From an uncultured virus (IMG/VR IMGVR_UViG_3300047320_000362) (taxonomy: Duplodnaviria > Heunggongvirae > Uroviricota > Caudoviricetes): a stretch of DNA of 20,000 nucleotides. Shown here piece after piece: positions 15,903-20,000 of this stretch. The first letter of the stretch is position 1, and each line of letters opens with the position of its first letter. A program made the position numbers and the translations under genes. The stretch lies in IMG/VR virus record IMGVR_UViG_3300047320_000362; one strand, written 5' to 3'. The notes beneath the pieces were generated by a model, which did no database searches, was not told the origin of the DNA, and was given only the letters and a program-made list of their open reading frames with translations.

Positions 15903-16439
15903 ATGAAGAAGATCAAGACGGTCTTTCTGATTGACAGAGACGTGCATCGTGCGACGGAAGTCGTGCTGGAAGGTTGGGTTCTCGAAGGCGAAGGTCTTGC
16001 GACCATCAAGTTCGACGGAACCAGCACCATGGTCAAGGACGGACTGCTGTTCAAGCGTTACGACGCCAAAGGAGGAAAGACACCTCCGGAAGGCTTCGTT
16101 CCCGCCGAAGCGGCACCGGACATCCACACAGGCCACTGGCCTGGATGGATCAAGGTCTCGGACACCGATCCTGCGGATCGCTGGCATCGGGAGGCGTTCG
16201 CGGAAGGCGGGTTCGAGGATGGCACCTACGAACTGATCGGCCCGAAAATCCAGAAGAACAAGTACGGCCTTGACCGGCATCGGCTTGTGAAACACGGCAG
16301 CGTGACGGTTGCCGTGGGAAGGACTCGGGAAGAACTGATCAGTTGGCTCGAAGAGAACGAGCACGAAGGTCTCGTCTTCCATCATCCGGACGGACGCATG
16401 GCTAAACTCCGCCGCAAGGATTTCGGTCTCAAGTGGTAA
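15903..16439 (+). CDS. ATP-dependent RNA ligase-like nucleotidyltransferase (DUF5565/C12orf29-RLIG1-like)
   Basis: AAGGA before ATG 15903. Motif I KFDG, HWPGW, GTYELIGPKIQ.N, motif IV EGLVF and motif V K in AKLRRKDFG. Confidence 0.75.
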   Translation: MKKIKTVFLIDRDVHRATEVVLEGWVLEGEGLATIKFDGTSTMVKDGLLFKRYDAKGGKTPPEGFVPAEAAPDIHTGHWPGWIKVSDTDPADRWHREAFAEGGFEDGTYELIGPKIQKNKYGLDRHRLVKHGSVTVAVGRTREELISWLEENEHEGLVFHHPDGRMAKLRRKDFGLKW

Positions 16440-16446
16440 GAAACAG

Positions 16447-16474
16447 AGGCGGGGCAGCGGATGCCGCCCCGCCT
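16447..16474 (+). terminator. GC-rich hairpin after the ligase gene
   Basis: AGGCGGGGC / GCCCCGCCT inverted repeat; weak U tract. Confidence 0.4.
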
Positions 16475-16498
16475 TGTCATCGGCTCAACAAGGAATGA

Positions 16499-16771
16499 AT
16501 GACGATCATGGTTTTGGACGCTATCGAAGAGAAGCGCGACTACGTCAGGCTCTGGGTCGGACAAATGCATCCAGATGATATTGCGCAGGTGACCGAGTCG
16601 CGGATCTCGCTCATCCAAAAGCCGGAGTTCGAAAACGCCGACCGCGTCCACGACTGGCGCAACCATGTCGGCGAGGCGACGAAATCCCTTTGGTCTACAT
16701 TCACGGATGAACAGAAGGCAGCAATCGCGCTCGATTCCGAATACCGCGCAAACTTGGAAGAGTGGGAGTAA
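16499..16771 (+). CDS. Small phage-type hypothetical protein (90 aa)
   Basis: AAGGA upstream; Trp-rich motif RVHDWRNH..W.TFTDEQK. Confidence 0.65.
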   Translation: MTIMVLDAIEEKRDYVRLWVGQMHPDDIAQVTESRISLIQKPEFENADRVHDWRNHVGEATKSLWSTFTDEQKAAIALDSEYRANLEEWE

Positions 16772-16775
16772 AGAG

Positions 16776-17180
16776 ATGTCGCAAATGCTCGACCAGATCA
16801 TCGCCGCAGTGAACCGCGCTCTCGAACACGATCTTCCTGAAATCGAGGAGGAGACCTGGGGCATCGTGAACAACAGGGCCGCGATGACAGGCACCATCAA
16901 GCGCCGCCCGGCGCAGCATGACGTCGAGATCTTCTCCTTTCCGCAAACCTGGGGATCGACCGGAATTGGGCTCTCCAGTGTCGGCGGCCAGATGATGACG
17001 ACCGCGCAGACGACAATCGTTTCGCTCGGGACGATCGCTTGGGTCTATATCGGCGGACAGCTCGCCTATCATGTCACGGAATGGCAGCGGAACGAGGCAT
17101 TCACGCGCGACATGCAGAGGCACCACATGGCGGCCCAGTTCGAATCCTTCAAGCGCTACAAGTCCGAGAAGTCGGCCTGA
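16776..17180 (+). CDS. Phage-type hypothetical protein (134 aa)
   Basis: GGGAG upstream; starts 4 nt after the previous stop; FPQTWGST..G..GGQ motif. Confidence 0.75.
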   Translation: MSQMLDQIIAAVNRALEHDLPEIEEETWGIVNNRAAMTGTIKRRPAQHDVEIFSFPQTWGSTGIGLSSVGGQMMTTAQTTIVSLGTIAWVYIGGQLAYHVTEWQRNEAFTRDMQRHHMAAQFESFKRYKSEKSA

Positions 17181-17182
17181 TC

Positions 17183-17566
17183 TCAGTCGGCGGATGCCAC
17201 AGACTTCTTGGTGTCGCCCGCCGCCACAGCCCTGCCAGCCCGCCAGGCGGCTCTAGCAAAGAACGATCCCGCGGATGGCTTTCTCACACCGAGCAGGCCA
17301 TTCTGGAAGTGCTTGAGCTCGTAGGGCGATGCAGCGGCCGCTCCCCGGCTTTCCAGACACGTCCGGTAGGTCTTGCGAACATGGGCGGCGTAGTTCGCCA
17401 CCGCCGCGAGGCACAGGATGAGACTGCCTCCGACTAGGATGCCGGGGTGTACATCTCCGGTCACCAGATTCCACAACGCCAGTCCAAGTTGGACAGTGCT
17501 CGCGCAAAGATACATCGTGGTAATCGCGAACAGCTCTCTGTCGAGTGGTTCTGCCTTGACTGTCAT
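17183..17566 (-). CDS. Hypothetical two-TM membrane protein (~127 aa; ORF track start 17647)
   Basis: AAGGA upstream of ATG 17566; two hydrophobic segments. Confidence 0.55.
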   Translation of the reverse strand: MTVKAEPLDRELFAITTMYLCASTVQLGLALWNLVTGDVHPGILVGGSLILCLAAVANYAAHVRKTYRTCLESRGAAAASPYELKHFQNGLLGVRKPSAGSFFARAAWRAGRAVAAGDTKKSVASAD

Positions 17567-17726
17567 GTGGCGTATTCCTTGTGGTGGCCCATATAGCGTG
17601 AATCCTTCGGGGTGAGCAGTCAACGCGCCGACACTGGGAAGTTCCATCCCGAAAGCACGGGGAATGCCTAGCCACTTGCTCCCGACGATGCCAGAATCCT
17701 GTTAGTGAAAAGCAGGAGAATGAAGA

Positions 17727-20000
17727 ATGGCATCCACTTCCGAGACAATGATCCCCATCGCCATCGCAGCCGAGATCGGGTGCCGGCCGGATCAGGTGAA
17801 GGCCGTCATGGCGCTTCTCGAAGAGGGTGCCACCATCCCTTTCATCGCCCGCTACCGGAAGGAAATGACGGGCGGACTCGATGACGTGCAGCTCCGCAAG
17901 CTCGATGAGCGCCTCATCTACATGCGTGACTTCATCAAGCGCCGCGAGACCATCGAGAAGGCCATCTCCGACCAGGGCAAGCTGACGGACGAGGTCTCGA
18001 AGCGTCTGGGCAAGGCGGCCACGAAGGCGGAACTCGAAGACATCTACGCCCCCTTCCGCCAGAAGACGCGGACGCGCGCGCAGACCGCCATCGAGAATGG
18101 CCTCCTTCCTCTAGCCGACGCCATCATCGCAGACCAGAACGCGGATCCTGAAGCCTTCGCGGCCCAGTACCTGTCCGACAAGGTCACCGACGCCAAGGAG
18201 GCGCTCAACGGGGCGAGGGACATCCTCGCCGAGCGCTTCGCCTCCAATCCCGACACCACGGGCAAGCTGAGACCGCGCGTCAGGACGGCTGCCAAGGTTC
18301 AGGCCCGTGTCGTCGCTGGCAAGGAGGAGGAGGGCGCAAAGTTCAAGGACTACTTCGACCACAAGGAGGAATGGGCGAAGGCTCCGAGCCACCGCGTGCT
18401 CGCCATGCTGCGCGGAGCCGAGGCCGGAGTCCTGGCATTCGATGTCGTGATCGATGACGACACCGCATCCCACGCCAAGACGGTGATCGCCGGAGACAAC
18501 AAGATCTCCACGTCGAACCCGTTCCTTTCCAAATGCGTCGACTGGTCGTGGAAGGTGAAGTTCGCCAACCGCCTGATCACCGAGATGACTTCGGAGATGC
18601 GGGAGCGGGCCGAGGCCGAGGCGATCGATGTGTTCGTGAAGAACATGAAGGCTCTGCTTCTGGCCGCGCCAGCAGGCAACAAGACGACGATGGGTCTCGA
18701 TCCGGGCATCCGCACGGGTGTGAAGGTCGCCGTCGTCGACGCCACTGGCAAGCTGCTCGACACCGACACCGTCTATCCTTTCGCGCCGCGCAACGATATC
18801 CGCGGATCGCTGGCGACGCTGGCAGGTCTCGTTCGCAAGCACAATGTCGAGCTGATCTCGATCGGCAACGGCACCGCATCGCGTGAGACGGATGCTCTGG
18901 CGGCTGAACTGCTGAAGGCGCTGCCTGGCAAGAAGCCGACCAAGGTAATCGTCAGCGAGGCTGGCGCGTCCGTCTATTCCGCTTCCGAGCTCGCGAGCAA
19001 GGAGATGCCCGGCATCGATGTTTCGCTGCGCGGAGCCGTCTCCATCGCCCGCCGACTGCAGGATCCGCTCTCCGAACTGGTGAAGATCGAACCCAAGGCC
19101 ATCGGAGTCGGCCAGTACCAGCACGACGTCGACCAGTCGCGTCTCGCCAAGGCGCTCTCCGGCGCTGTCGAGGACTCCGTGAACTCCGTCGGCGTAGATC
19201 TGAACACGGCATCGGCCGCGCTCCTGTCATACATCGCAGGTGTCGGCCCGACGCTCGCCGACTCCATCGTTGAGTATCGCAACGCGAACGGAGCCTTCAA
19301 GAGCCGCTCGGAGCTGAAGAAGGTGCCGCGGCTGGGCGAGAAGGCGTTCGGCCAGTGCGCGGGATTCCTGCGCGTTCCAGGCGGCAAGGAGCCGCTCGAC
19401 GCTTCATCCGTGCATCCGGAAGCATACGACGTGGCCCGCCAGATCGTGAAGGCCTGCGGTCGCGACGTGCGGGACATCATGGGCGACGAGAAGAGCCTGA
19501 AGGGCATCGACCCCGCGAAGTTCGTGACCGACAGCTTCGGCCTGCCGACGGTGAAGGACATCCTCGGCGAGCTGCGCAAGCCCGGCCGCGATCCGCGCCC
19601 CGAATTCAAAACCGCCACGCTCATGGACGGCGTGAATGAGATCAAGGATCTGCGCCCAGGAATGCGCCTCGAGGGCACCGTCACCAACGTGACCGCGTTC
19701 GGGGCCTTCGTTGACATCGGCGTGCATCAGGACGGCCTCGTGCACGTCTCCCAGCTCGCCGACAAGTTCATCGATGATCCGTCGAAGGTCGTGAAGGCGG
19801 GGCAGATCGTGAAGGTGGTCGTGCTTGCCATCGATGAGAAGACGAAGAGGATCTCGCTGTCGATGAAATCCAATCCGGAGATCGGCGAGCGGGCACCGCG
19901 TGGCCAGGCGCAGGATTCCGGAAGGGGCCGCAACATCTCGTCCTCTCCGCCGCCGAAGTCGGGTGGGATGGGTGCGCTTGGAGATGCTTTGGCGAAGGCG
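17727..20000 (+). CDS. tex: Tex/YhgF transcription accessory RNA-binding protein; stop lies beyond the window, so it is absent from the ORF track
   Basis: AGGAG upstream; reads GATIPFIARYRKEMTGGLD, GLDPGIRTGVK (YqgF-like), VSEAGASVYSAS, IGVGQYQHDV, HhH repeats and S1 domain FGAFVDIGVHQDGLVHVSQL. The start and the last codons (GDALAKA) are in the same frame, 758 codons. Confidence 0.95.
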   Translation, partial: MASTSETMIPIAIAAEIGCRPDQVKAVMALLEEGATIPFIARYRKEMTGGLDDVQLRKLDERLIYMRDFIKRRETIEKAISDQGKLTDEVSKRLGKAATKAELEDIYAPFRQKTRTRAQTAIENGLLPLADAIIADQNADPEAFAAQYLSDKVTDAKEALNGARDILAERFASNPDTTGKLRPRVRTAAKVQARVVAGKEEEGAKFKDYFDHKEEWAKAPSHRVLAMLRGAEAGVLAFDVVIDDDTASHAKTVIAGDNKISTSNPFLSKCVDWSWKVKFANRLITEMTSEMRERAEAEAIDVFVKNMKALLLAAPAGNKTTMGLDPGIRTGVKVAVVDATGKLLDTDTVYPFAPRNDIRGSLATLAGLVRKHNVELISIGNGTASRETDALAAELLKALPGKKPTKVIVSEAGASVYSASELASKEMPGIDVSLRGAVSIARRLQDPLSELVKIEPKAIGVGQYQHDVDQSRLAKALSGAVEDSVNSVGVDLNTASAALLSYIAGVGPTLADSIVEYRNANGAFKSRSELKKVPRLGEKAFGQCAGFLRVPGGKEPLDASSVHPEAYDVARQIVKACGRDVRDIMGDEKSLKGIDPAKFVTDSFGLPTVKDILGELRKPGRDPRPEFKTATLMDGVNEIKDLRPGMRLEGTVTNVTAFGAFVDIGVHQDGLVHVSQLADKFIDDPSKVVKAGQIVKVVVLAIDEKTKRISLSMKSNPEIGERAPRGQAQDSGRGRNISSSPPPKSGGMGALGDALAKA

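Noticed and set aside
15729..16385. N-terminal extension of the 357-aa ORF 15312-16385
   Set aside because: It is antisense to the RNA ligase-like gene; a strong AGGAGG supports the start at 15728.
18044..19936. Several minus-strand and off-frame ORFs
   Set aside because: Shadows of the GC-rich tex coding sequence on the plus strand.

Overview
GC-rich accessory DNA that looks alphaproteobacterial (probably Rhizobiaceae, judged from the DnaG and Tex sequences). It resembles part of a large mobile replicon (megaplasmid, ICE or large phage): many small phage-type orphan genes in alternating orientation, plus host-like dnaG and tex copies outside their usual contexts. The central feature is a compact type II-C CRISPR-Cas9 module at about 11265-15297. 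It has a ~1088-aa Cas9 with RuvC and HNH motifs present, a divergently transcribed tracrRNA, and two mini-arrays of divergent 36-nt repeats, one on each side of cas9. No cas1, cas2 or cas4 is seen in the window. One spacer (15102-15131) matches the neighbouring ADP-ribosyltransferase-like gene at 26/30 nt (15469-15498), and two of the four mismatches are synonymous. This suggests the system targets related elements while the resident copy escapes. Other cargo includes an RNA ligase (Rnl/C12orf29-like), a soluble ZipA-C-like protein, a DnaG with an apparently replaced C-terminus followed by 21-bp repeats, and a 611-aa membrane protein. All family assignments come from motif recognition by eye, not from database searches.
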